Assembly (NCBI GenBank): GCA_024407725.1
Contig: JAKSVZ010000008.1
Location: 1 to 32,000, forward strand
Direction of reading: 5' to 3'
Source of the DNA: Opitutales bacterium
Lineage (GTDB): Bacteria; Verrucomicrobiota; Verrucomicrobiia; Opitutales; UBA9783
DNA length: 32,000 nt
Positions 1 through 8,179 of this stretch are shown one piece after another. How positions within the stretch are numbered: position 1 is the first letter of the stretch; every line of letters starts with the position of its first letter. The notes beneath the pieces were generated by a model. That model was not told where the DNA came from and searched no databases. It worked only from the letters and a program-made list of their open reading frames with translations. The position numbers and the translations under genes are program-made.

Positions 1-436
1 CATCATAGCGAGCCCCTATTTCTTCTTTCGGATTATAAGCGCGTGAGCATTTATAGTGAAATAACGCATGATCACTCAAAATCAAAAAACCATGCAAAAA
101 ACCTTCAGGAATCAGTACCTGTTGCGCTGTTTTTTCACTTAAAATAATGGAAAAATATTGCTTAAAAGTTTTGGAATTCGGACGAATGTCGACAGCTACA
201 TCAAACACTTCACCTAAAACCGCTTGTACCAATTTACTTTGTCCCGTTTGACCATGTAATCCACGCAGAACATTTGCACTAGAATAAGAAACGTTATCTT
301 GTACAAAATGCGTTGAAATTCCAGCCCCTACATAACGACTTTCTTGGTACGTCTCGTAAAACCTTCCACGATGATCCGTATGTACATCTGGAGTAATCAC
401 ATACAAACCATCAAATTTAGTGGGCGTTACTTGCAT
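1..436 (-). CDS. dTDP-4-dehydrorhamnose 3,5-epimerase-like cupin (RmlC family); 5' part only, the 3' end runs off the left window edge
   Basis: Not in the ORF track because there is no stop in the window. My own minus-strand translation from the ATG at 436..434 gives MQVTPTKFDGLYVITPDVHTDHRGRFYETYQ...NVLRGLHGQ...KLVQAVLGEVFDVAVDIRPNSKTF...LIPEGFLHGFLILSD...FHYKCS..YNPKEE. These blocks match the RmlC hallmarks (F.D.RG.F.E; LRGLH.Q; G.v.DVaVD.R..S.tf; iP.GfaHGF; Y.y.p..E). Confidence 0.8.
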   Translation of the reverse strand, partial: MQVTPTKFDGLYVITPDVHTDHRGRFYETYQESRYVGAGISTHFVQDNVSYSSANVLRGLHGQTGQSKLVQAVLGEVFDVAVDIRPNSKTFKQYFSIILSEKTAQQVLIPEGFLHGFLILSDHALFHYKCSRAYNPKEEIGARYD

Positions 437-469
437 ATTATTCCATTAAACGCAATTTGTCCTCGTTGA

Positions 470-1615
470 CTACTTTCCTTTGATTAATTCCTTAACCGTT
501 GTTACAATTTGGTCGATGTTGTCTTGGGTTACGCACAATGCGCTCGGTAAGTTGATCGAGCGACTAGAAATATCATATGCGACAGGATTGTTTTTTGCTC
601 CCCCATTCGTATCCGACAGATAACCTTCAAAAGCTGGCAACGAAGACAATGGATAAAAGAATGGACGACTGGGTTGGCCGCGATCTTCAAAAGCTTTCAT
701 TCCTTGTTCTTTGGAAATACCGAACTTTTTATCGAAAACGAGGGCTGTGCACCAAGCACTATTGTACACTTTCTCAGGTTCAGGGTTCAAAGTAAGTCCG
801 GGGATATCTGACAAAGCCTTGATGTAAGAATGCCAAATCCAACGCTTTTTATCCACTAATTCTTGGAGGCGTAAAAATTGAGCATATCCAAGGGCAGCTA
901 GTACGTTGGAAGGCATATACTTATTGGCAATCTCGGTGCAATAAAAGCTTCCTGGTTGGCGCCCATGATCTCTCAAAAACTTACAGCGTTGATACAACGC
1001 TTCATCATCTAACAGCAACATACCTCCTTCGCCAGTCGTAATAGTTTTGGTGCGATGGAAGCTAAAAACTGACCCGACGCCAAATTTACCTGCCGGGGTT
1101 CCATTATAGCGCGATCCGATTGCTTCTGCTGCATCCTCAATTAAATAAATACCTTTGGAATCACATAAAGCTTTAATGGCTTCCATATCCGGCATATTTC
1201 CGTACAAATCGACCACCATGACCGCCTTGGTTCTCGGGGTAATACGTGCTGCAATCGTTTCTGCGGTTACGCACCAATGGACAGGGTCGATATCGGCAAA
1301 GACAATCTTTCCCCGTTGATAATGAATCGGAACCGCGGTTGCCATCCAAGTACATTCCGGAACGATTACCTCATCCCCTTCTTTAATCCCTAATCCTTTG
1401 AGAATTAAGTGAATAGCGGAAGTACAATTGGGGGTCATCAATGCATGAGCACGGTTATGGTACTCTGCAATAGTTTTTTCGAACAATTCGATGTATTTAT
1501 AAGCGTTTTTCCCGTACCATCCGTTTCGAGCGGCATCCATAACGAACGCTATATCTGCTTCGGTTACAGAAGGACCCGCCATGTAAATAGAAGAATCATT
1601 AAAATCAGATTGCAT
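470..1615 (-). CDS. DegT/DnrJ/EryC1/StrS-family PLP-dependent sugar aminotransferase
   Basis: 381-aa ORF. Family blocks present: NCTSAIHLILKGLGIKEGDEVIVP, LIEDAAEAIGSRYNG, and FSFHRTKTITTGEGGML, which carries the PLP-lysine context (SF...K..ttGEGG). Sits immediately upstream (same strand) of the RmlC-like gene. Confidence 0.85.
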   Translation of the reverse strand: MQSDFNDSSIYMAGPSVTEADIAFVMDAARNGWYGKNAYKYIELFEKTIAEYHNRAHALMTPNCTSAIHLILKGLGIKEGDEVIVPECTWMATAVPIHYQRGKIVFADIDPVHWCVTAETIAARITPRTKAVMVVDLYGNMPDMEAIKALCDSKGIYLIEDAAEAIGSRYNGTPAGKFGVGSVFSFHRTKTITTGEGGMLLLDDEALYQRCKFLRDHGRQPGSFYCTEIANKYMPSNVLAALGYAQFLRLQELVDKKRWIWHSYIKALSDIPGLTLNPEPEKVYNSAWCTALVFDKKFGISKEQGMKAFEDRGQPSRPFFYPLSSLPAFEGYLSDTNGGAKNNPVAYDISSRSINLPSALCVTQDNIDQIVTTVKELIKGK

Positions 1616-1662
1616 ATTAGTATCAACTTAGGCCGTCTTAACCCTTGGGTCAATTTTATACT

Positions 1663-2490
1663 TTAGGCATCCGATTGCTTATGCACTAACCGAGCAAATG
1701 TTAGCCATTGTTCTACCGGAATCTCCTCAGCTCGTAGAGCAATCGATGGGTATTGTTGACTTAAATAGGTTAAAAAAGCCATAGATAGGTCAGATTTTAG
1801 CCGCTTACAAACATGGGCAATTTGTTGGCGGCGATGGATAAATAGGTTGCGCATTAACGCTACCAATTCCGGCGAAAAGATAAACGCATCCTGCTTTTTT
1901 TGCAAAAACAGCAAAGTGGAATCGATTTTCGGCTGCGGATAAAAACAGCGTTTATGAATAATGCACTGTTGCTTGAGTTGATAAGCGGACTGCAAACGGA
2001 TCCCCAAGGGACAAAAATGTTTGCAATGGTCAGGCGATAACCAACGTTCAGCAGCCTCTTTTTGCACCAAAAGCGTTAAATTTTCAGGCAAACGTGATAA
2101 GCATAATACCTGATGCAGCCAAACACTAGCAATGGCATAAGGCAGATTGGAAACCACTTTGTACGGTTTCGACAAATCAAAGTTGCCAACAGGGGTGATT
2201 AACGCATCCCCATGCACTAAATCAATAGGAAATGTTTCGGAAATATAACGCGCCAAGGTCTGATCTTTTTCGACCCCGAATACACACGCTTGCGCTTGTA
2301 CCAATGCCGAAGTTAAGGTGCCACAACCACACCCAATTTCAACAACAATATCTCCTGCATTAATCGGTGTTTCTTCCACCGAATACTGAACAATATTCGC
2401 TTGGATCAAAAAGTTTTGCCCAAGCGAATGATTAGGTTGAATCCCTAAGCGATTTAAGATTGATCGTGTTTCGCTTAACGAAACCGTCAT
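1663..2490 (-). CDS. rsmA: 16S rRNA (adenine1518/1519-N6)-dimethyltransferase RsmA/KsgA
   Basis: 275 aa. Contains LGQNFL near the N-terminus and the SAM motif VVEIGCGCGTLT, followed by the VSNLPY block typical of KsgA/Erm-family methyltransferases. Confidence 0.9.
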   Translation of the reverse strand: MTVSLSETRSILNRLGIQPNHSLGQNFLIQANIVQYSVEETPINAGDIVVEIGCGCGTLTSALVQAQACVFGVEKDQTLARYISETFPIDLVHGDALITPVGNFDLSKPYKVVSNLPYAIASVWLHQVLCLSRLPENLTLLVQKEAAERWLSPDHCKHFCPLGIRLQSAYQLKQQCIIHKRCFYPQPKIDSTLLFLQKKQDAFIFSPELVALMRNLFIHRRQQIAHVCKRLKSDLSMAFLTYLSQQYPSIALRAEEIPVEQWLTFARLVHKQSDA

Positions 2491-2493
2491 TAT

Positions 2494-2694
2494 TTATAGA
2501 CGATCTCTACGCTGCCTTAAATAGACATTAAACTTAGCAGCTTTTTCTTTTAAACGTCGTTTTTGGCAAGGTTTTTCAAAGAAACGCTTACTACGACAAT
2601 CTTTTAAAATATTTTCGCGATTGAGTCTTACCTTCAATCGACGCAACGCCCTCTCAAGAGGCTCTCCTTTACGAACTTTTACTTCTACCGGCAT
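2494..2694 (-). CDS. rpsU: 30S ribosomal protein S21
   Basis: 66-aa basic ORF: MPVEVKVRKGEPLERALRRLKVRL...FEKPCQKRRLKEKAA. Matches the S21 pattern (GE..E.ALRRfK, y.kPs.kRr.K). Lies 3 nt upstream of rsmA on the same strand. Confidence 0.9.
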   Translation of the reverse strand: MPVEVKVRKGEPLERALRRLKVRLNRENILKDCRSKRFFEKPCQKRRLKEKAAKFNVYLRQRRDRL

Positions 2695-2773
2695 GAGTTA
2701 TTTTCTAATGGCATTATTTTCAGTGCTTTTAGCGCATACGGTCAAGCAAAAATTTACTCCTCCCTAAAATAAC

Positions 2774-2805
2774 TTGCGATTCTAACAATAGGTAGATTAT
2801 ATAAT
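2774..2805 (+). promoter_or_regulatory. candidate sigma70-type promoter for the rodZ-like operon
   Basis: TTGCGA at 2774-2779. An 18-nt spacer leads to TATATA (2798-2803), or a 20-nt spacer leads to TATAAT (2800-2805). This is about 17 nt upstream of the ATG at 2822, within the 127-nt divergent rpsU/rodZ-like gap. Pattern match only. Confidence 0.25.
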
Positions 2806-2821
2806 AATAAGAATAGTTTTT

Positions 2822-3625
2822 ATGCACTCGATTGGTGAACAATTAAAGCAGGCGCGTCAGCAGCAAAACATCTCTATTGAGGATGCCGCTCGTGCTTTGA
2901 ATATCGGTAAGGATGTACTGATGCAATTTGAAGCAAATAACTTTTCCTTATCGCTTTCACCCATTTATATCCGTGGATTTTTAAAAGCATACGCAGCTTT
3001 TTTAAAGCTCAGTGTCACCAGTATTTCCGCCGAATACGATAAGATATTAAACAAAACCAAAGAGCGGACAATTTTCGTCAGCCCCATCAAAGGAGAAGCA
3101 GAAGTAAAAGATGAGGTAACCGATCCCCCTTTCCTACTCGCTAAAATTACTGAGTGGGCACAGACAATTCAGGAACGCATTCGTCAACTTTCCAAAAGAC
3201 AGAAAATTATTGTCGGTAGCGTTTTGCTGGTAGCATTTATACTGTTCATTTGGCCATCTCATAAAGAGGATCCTTTAGCAACCCCTAACACTGAGAGCGA
3301 ATTGAATGCAGAGAATCTGGATGAATTGGTAGCCTCGAGTAAACCAACGCGCATTCAAGGAGCGCAGGCCAAAGGCGGCGAAGTGGTTTATGAAAGCATC
3401 AGCCTCATTGCATCCAGTACCGTCAAAGTGCTTGTCCGTAAAGCAAGTGACAAGGAAGTGATTTTCTCAGGAATTTTGAATGAGGGAGAGCGTAAAACAA
3501 TCGACAAAAGCGATGCATTGCAGGTTTTCTTCTCCGACGGTGACCATTTGCTCATTTCACGTTCTTCTAATGGTACTTTAATTCGCCCACAAACATCCGG
3601 TCGCGGCTTCGTCCTGATTCAATGA
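2822..3625 (+). CDS. RodZ-like cytoskeleton/shape protein (N-terminal XRE-type HTH, central TM helix, C-terminal DUF4115-like beta domain)
   Basis: 267 aa. The N-terminus IGEQLKQARQQQNISIEDAARALNIGKDVLMQFE...IYIRGFLKAYAAFL matches the RodZ HTH block. A hydrophobic segment IIVGSVLLVAFILFIW follows. The C-terminal region VKVLVRKASDKEVIFSGILNEGERKTI...FFSDGDHLLIS resembles the RodZ C-terminal domain. Confidence 0.65.
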   Translation: MHSIGEQLKQARQQQNISIEDAARALNIGKDVLMQFEANNFSLSLSPIYIRGFLKAYAAFLKLSVTSISAEYDKILNKTKERTIFVSPIKGEAEVKDEVTDPPFLLAKITEWAQTIQERIRQLSKRQKIIVGSVLLVAFILFIWPSHKEDPLATPNTESELNAENLDELVASSKPTRIQGAQAKGGEVVYESISLIASSTVKVLVRKASDKEVIFSGILNEGERKTIDKSDALQVFFSDGDHLLISRSSNGTLIRPQTSGRGFVLIQ

Positions 3626-4065
3626 AACAGGCCAATACCACCATCCAAGTTAAGCAGGTAGTTATTACTTCATCGGGAGCATGCCTGTTTTTGGGCAATA
3701 GTCAAAAAATCTTCATGATTTATGTCGATATTATCATGGGGGAACAAATTCGATTCTTGTTCAATAAAAAGACTCAATCGCGCCCATTAACTTCCGATTT
3801 TATCCGCTATCTGTGTTTAAGCTTTGATATCAGTATCCAAACCCTCGTGTTGTATCATGCAGACAAAGGAACTTTTTATGCCAAAGCCGTTTGTCGGCAG
3901 GCCGGTCCTGTAACGCGCATTGTAGAATTAGATATCCGACCGAGCGACGCGATTATGCTCAGCCTAAGCTTCAATAAACCATTGACCATCGATACGCAAT
4001 TGTTTGAATCTTTATCGGACGCTTCTGAATTGCTTGAAAATTTCTCGAAAACCGAACAAAGTTAA
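3622..4065 (+). CDS. bifunctional nuclease (BFN/DUF151) domain protein
   Basis: 147 aa. Its start overlaps the rodZ-like stop (ATGA at 3622-3625). Blocks SRPLTSDFI and DIRPSDAIMLSLSFNKPL match the DUF151 pattern (RPlTHDL...d.RPSDAIaLAlr...PI). Confidence 0.7.
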   Translation: MKQANTTIQVKQVVITSSGACLFLGNSQKIFMIYVDIIMGEQIRFLFNKKTQSRPLTSDFIRYLCLSFDISIQTLVLYHADKGTFYAKAVCRQAGPVTRIVELDIRPSDAIMLSLSFNKPLTIDTQLFESLSDASELLENFSKTEQS

Positions 4066-4076
4066 TTTTAAACCAA

Positions 4077-5117
4077 ATGTTATCTACTAAATTAACAATA
4101 GCTAAGAATTTACTGTTAAATTCGGCTTTATCACCGAAAGAAAAATTGGATCTATTAAAACGCTTTTACGCTTACAAAAAGCACAGTACTGGTAGAACCG
4201 TTATCTTCGATATTAGTCATGTATGTAACGGTCGGTGTTATTTTTGCCAAACGGGATTTGCCAACCGCAATAACATTCCCTGCAAAAGCCAAAGTGGAAA
4301 ACAATTTATTGAGGTCGATTTTTTCCATAAAATCCTAAAACACCTAAAGGCTCAAAATTTCCTCAACGACGGAACGCAATTACACTTATTTAATTGGTTT
4401 GAACCCTTGTTGCATCCGGAATTTGCATCCATTATTAAAACAGCAACCCAAGAAAATTGCCTGATTGGGCTAAGCACCAATGCAAACGTTTTGCCTAAAT
4501 TGCCCAACGATTTTGATGCGAGCCACATCGCATTCATTATTTTTTCCATGTGTGGATTTAGCCAACAATCATACGACAAAATCCATCAGTTTGATTTCGA
4601 GCACATCAAGCATAATGTTGAACAGATTGTAAAAGATTTTCGCAATCATGGATGTGTAGGCGAAATGTACATCTCGTTTCACCTCTACCAATATAACCTC
4701 CATGAATTGCATGCAGCATACGAATGGGCCAAACAGCTCCATATTAACATTTATCCTGCGTTCGCTTATATAAACGATGGGCCTCGCTTGCTGCAGTTTT
4801 GCAAGCAGGAATTACCGATGGATTACCTAACAAATGTTTCAAAAGATCTTTTCATGGGAATGCGTACAAAGGAATTTCATCCAGTTACGACTTGTTCATT
4901 TATAGATGACATAACCATTAATGTTGATGGTCAATGTGAGTTGTGCTGCGGATTAGATGAAAAAATTGGAGATGTATTCGACATGACCCCTGAAAAATTA
5001 TCTCGCCTTCATTACGAAAACCCAACCTGCCAAGAATGTATGGCTTTAGGCATCCCGTGCTTGGAAGAAGGAGGCATTTGTAACATGAGGCAATTGGCAA
5101 AAGTATTCCGCCAGTAA
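4077..5117 (+). CDS. radical SAM enzyme with a C-terminal Cys-rich SPASM/twitch-like region; substrate unknown
   Basis: 346 aa. The CX3CX2C cluster motif is CNGRCYFC at about residues 50-57. A GGEPLL-equivalent block (NWFEPLLHP) and an LSTNAN (TNG-like) block are present. The last ~75 aa carry 8 Cys (C..13..CELCC ... CQEC..6..C..6..C). Noticeably AT-rich relative to its neighbours. Confidence 0.75.
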   Translation: MLSTKLTIAKNLLLNSALSPKEKLDLLKRFYAYKKHSTGRTVIFDISHVCNGRCYFCQTGFANRNNIPCKSQSGKQFIEVDFFHKILKHLKAQNFLNDGTQLHLFNWFEPLLHPEFASIIKTATQENCLIGLSTNANVLPKLPNDFDASHIAFIIFSMCGFSQQSYDKIHQFDFEHIKHNVEQIVKDFRNHGCVGEMYISFHLYQYNLHELHAAYEWAKQLHINIYPAFAYINDGPRLLQFCKQELPMDYLTNVSKDLFMGMRTKEFHPVTTCSFIDDITINVDGQCELCCGLDEKIGDVFDMTPEKLSRLHYENPTCQECMALGIPCLEEGGICNMRQLAKVFRQ

Positions 5118-5175
5118 AACCTTACCTCCTCAACACACCTAGTTTTAAACCTTGCGTTTATCGTAGGAGATTATC

Positions 5176-6951
5176 ATGATCTCTTACAATAAGGTCATGG
5201 ATTTTTCAGTTAGAGATTTTTTAAATTCCAAAGTTAGGGAAGCCGCATCCGCGTTGCCTGAATTAGGCAAAGATTTCGACCCTGAAATCCGGCTATCTGA
5301 AGCAAATTTTGGCGATTTCCAATCCAATGGTGTTTTGTCGTATTGTGGCAAAAAGAAATTGAATCCTCGAGCGACTGCTCAATCCTTATGCGAAAACTTT
5401 GCGCAACAGCATGCAAACGAATATACCATTGAATGCGCAGGCCCTGGTTTTTTAAACCTTACCATCAAGGATGGCGCGCTTATCCAATGGCTTTTGCAAT
5501 TTCATACATCCGATGCTTATGATGGGCATTTTCGCTCCATTTTTTCAAACCAAACGGTTGTCATTGATTATTCATCGCCCAATACCGCCAAACGCATGCA
5601 TGTGGGTCATTTAAGATCCATGGTTATTGGAGAAGCTCTACAGCGCTTTGTCCGTTTCAGCGGAGGTAAGGTAATCCGTGACAATCACCTAGGGGATTGG
5701 GGTACTCAATTCGGTATCTTATTGATGGAAATTAAACGCACAGGCTATGTTTTTAACGAATCCCCTACAGAAGCCATTGAGCACTTAGAGCATTTGTATC
5801 AAGTAGGAGTACAAGCTACAAAGGATGATCCTCAAGCGTTGGATGAAGCCCACAAAGAATTATTGAAATTGCAGCAAGGAGATACAGAAAACAAAACGTT
5901 ATGGAAAAAAATTAACGATATCTCCTATCAGAGTTTTGATGCCATCTACCAGCGCATGGGCGTTACCTTTGATTATGTGCTGGGGGAATCCTTTTACTGC
6001 GATAAAGTGGATGCAGTCTATCAGGCCTTGCAACAGCATAAATTAGCTGTGCTTGACCAAGGAGCATTGGTGGTATTTCATTCGGAGCACCCACGTTTTT
6101 GCAAACAACCATTTATTATTCGTAAATCCGATGGAGCGTCGAATTATGCATCAACCGATTTGGCTACTGCAAAGTATCGCACCGATCAAGTGAAAGCCGA
6201 TGCGATTATTTACGTTACGGATGCACGCCAATGCGACCATTTTGAACAGTTGTTTTTGACCGTTAAAAAATGGTTTGCGTGCGAAAACAAATCGATTCCG
6301 GGGCTATATCACGCTTTCTTTGGGATGGTGTTGGACAACACTGGAAAAGCAATTAAGACGCGTGATGGCAAACCGATACAACTGCATACCTTATTAGACG
6401 AAGCTGTTACACGTGCGTACGATTTAATTTGTACCAAAAGCCCAGATTTATCCGAAGAAGAAAAGCGTCATGTAGCGGAGGTTATCGGATGCGGTTCGAT
6501 CAAATACGCCGATTTATCCCAAGATCGTACCAGCAATTACCGTTTCGACTTCGACAAAATGATTCGTTTTGAAGGTAATACTGCACCGTATTTATTGTAC
6601 GCTGTTGCTCGTATCCATGCGATTTTCCGTAAATTAAATCTAGACGAAACCAACTGTACATTTTCACAGGTACCTAACCAGTTTTCGACCGAAACCGAGC
6701 GTAGTTTGGCTCACAAACTGATAGCATTTCCAACAGTATTATCAATGGCTATTCAGGAATTAAAACCCCATTATTTATGCCGATATCTGTTCGAGCTGGC
6801 TGGCTGTTTTTCCACATTCTATAAGGCGGATAAGGTAATTACCGATGATCAGGGCACCCAAAACTTGCGGTTATTATTGTGCAAGGCCACCCTATCAACC
6901 CTAGAAAAGGGGCTGTATCTATTGGGATTAGAAACGGTTGCAAGGATGTAA
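5176..6951 (+). CDS. argS: arginine--tRNA ligase
   Basis: 591 aa. Class I HIGH-type motif SSPNTAKRMHVGHLRS is present, and the length and C-terminal anticodon-binding region are typical of ArgRS. An AGGAGA Shine-Dalgarno at 5165-5170 lies 5 nt before the ATG. Confidence 0.95.
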   Translation: MISYNKVMDFSVRDFLNSKVREAASALPELGKDFDPEIRLSEANFGDFQSNGVLSYCGKKKLNPRATAQSLCENFAQQHANEYTIECAGPGFLNLTIKDGALIQWLLQFHTSDAYDGHFRSIFSNQTVVIDYSSPNTAKRMHVGHLRSMVIGEALQRFVRFSGGKVIRDNHLGDWGTQFGILLMEIKRTGYVFNESPTEAIEHLEHLYQVGVQATKDDPQALDEAHKELLKLQQGDTENKTLWKKINDISYQSFDAIYQRMGVTFDYVLGESFYCDKVDAVYQALQQHKLAVLDQGALVVFHSEHPRFCKQPFIIRKSDGASNYASTDLATAKYRTDQVKADAIIYVTDARQCDHFEQLFLTVKKWFACENKSIPGLYHAFFGMVLDNTGKAIKTRDGKPIQLHTLLDEAVTRAYDLICTKSPDLSEEEKRHVAEVIGCGSIKYADLSQDRTSNYRFDFDKMIRFEGNTAPYLLYAVARIHAIFRKLNLDETNCTFSQVPNQFSTETERSLAHKLIAFPTVLSMAIQELKPHYLCRYLFELAGCFSTFYKADKVITDDQGTQNLRLLLCKATLSTLEKGLYLLGLETVARM

Positions 6952-6953
6952 GT

Positions 6954-7172
6954 ATGGAAGTTTATCTACCTTTGCTTTTCAGCGTTATTATCCTTGGGTA
7001 TCTCTTCTATGAAGCTAAAAACGAATGTCAGCATATAGAGCGCTATGAAGCGTTAAAGATAAAACATTTGTTTTGTTGCCAATCCTGCAAGTGGGTTTAC
7101 GCCTCGTATAAAGAAGATATCCATTGCGCATGCCCGCACTGTTCTACCGACAACACCTATTTAAAGTTTTAA
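6954..7172 (+). CDS. small membrane-anchored zinc-ribbon-like protein (72 aa), function unknown
   Basis: ATG at 6954 is preceded by AAGGA (6942-6946) and lies 2 nt after the argS stop. One N-terminal TM helix (VYLPLLFSVIILGYLFY) is followed by paired CxxC motifs (CCQSC ... CACPHC). The ORF-track start at 6879 is a GTG lying inside argS and was not used. Confidence 0.45.
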   Translation: MEVYLPLLFSVIILGYLFYEAKNECQHIERYEALKIKHLFCCQSCKWVYASYKEDIHCACPHCSTDNTYLKF

Positions 7173-7190
7173 CAAACCAATATAGTTTTT

Positions 7191-8159
7191 ATGGATTTTG
7201 GACCCATTGGAAAAAAAGTTTTACAAGAAGAAATCACCAGTCTGCAAGGCTTATATAACCGCTTTGATGGGGAAGCTTTTTCGAAAGTAGTTGAACTACT
7301 GGCCAATCACAAAGGTAAGGTGGTTTTTTCAGGTATCGGAAAATCCGGTTACATTGCGCGCAAATTAAGCTCAACTTTCAATAGCACCGGAACCCGGTCG
7401 GTTTATTTGCATCCCTGTGAAGCACTACATGGCGACTTGGGTATCTATTCCAAGGGCGACCCTACCATCATTCTCTCACGAAGCGGAACAACTCAGGAAT
7501 TGCTGACCTTCGTTCAGGTTATCAAACCCTTTAATTCTCCTATTATTGCAATGGTCGGGAATTTATCCTCTCCATTAGCACGCCTCTCAGATTTTGTATT
7601 GGATGCATCTATTCAAAAGGAAGCAGATCCATTGGGCTTCGTACCAACCTCTAGCACAACCGTTGCGTTGGCTCTAGGAGATGCATTGGCGTCAGCACTC
7701 ATGGTTGCGCATCAATTTACTCATGCGGATTTCTTGCAATTTCACCCAGGCGGACAATTGGGCAAGGTACTTGGACGCTGCGTTGGGGATTTGGCTCATC
7801 CAATCCAAGAAGTTGCATGCGTTAACCCACAACAATCGTTAAAAGAAGTGGTGGTCGAGCTCACCCTAAAACCTTTAGGCGCTGCGTTTGTAATGGATGG
7901 GAAACAATTGTGTGGATTAATTACGGATGGTGATGTTCGACGAGCTATCCAATCAGGAAAAGCTTTAGAAAGCATTACTGCAGCCGATATGATGACACCC
8001 AATCCCATTAGTGCTTCCAAGGATTTAAACCTAGAAAAAGCGATTCAATTAATGGAAGACCGCCCGCACCAATTGAGCGTTTTGCTTGTTTTAAACCCAG
8101 ACAAAACCTGCTATGGGCTGTTCCGTTTGCACGATGCTTATGGGCATGTTGGGAAATAA
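7191..8159 (+). CDS. kdsD: arabinose-5-phosphate isomerase, KpsF/GutQ/KdsD family (SIS domain + CBS pair)
   Basis: 322 aa. SIS block GKVVFSGIGKSGYIARKLSSTFNSTGT...LHPCEALHGDLG is present. The C-terminal tandem CBS region (GLITDGDVRRAI ... QLSVLLVLN) matches the KdsD/KpsF architecture. Confidence 0.85.
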   Translation: MDFGPIGKKVLQEEITSLQGLYNRFDGEAFSKVVELLANHKGKVVFSGIGKSGYIARKLSSTFNSTGTRSVYLHPCEALHGDLGIYSKGDPTIILSRSGTTQELLTFVQVIKPFNSPIIAMVGNLSSPLARLSDFVLDASIQKEADPLGFVPTSSTTVALALGDALASALMVAHQFTHADFLQFHPGGQLGKVLGRCVGDLAHPIQEVACVNPQQSLKEVVVELTLKPLGAAFVMDGKQLCGLITDGDVRRAIQSGKALESITAADMMTPNPISASKDLNLEKAIQLMEDRPHQLSVLLVLNPDKTCYGLFRLHDAYGHVGK

Positions 8160-8179
8160 CAAAGTAGTTGGGTAATGGA

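Noticed and set aside
6879-6953. A longer 97-aa version of the small ORF, starting at the GTG at 6879 inside argS.
   Set aside because: It would overlap the last 73 nt of argS in another frame. The internal ATG at 6954 has an AAGGA Shine-Dalgarno and begins exactly at the hydrophobic helix.
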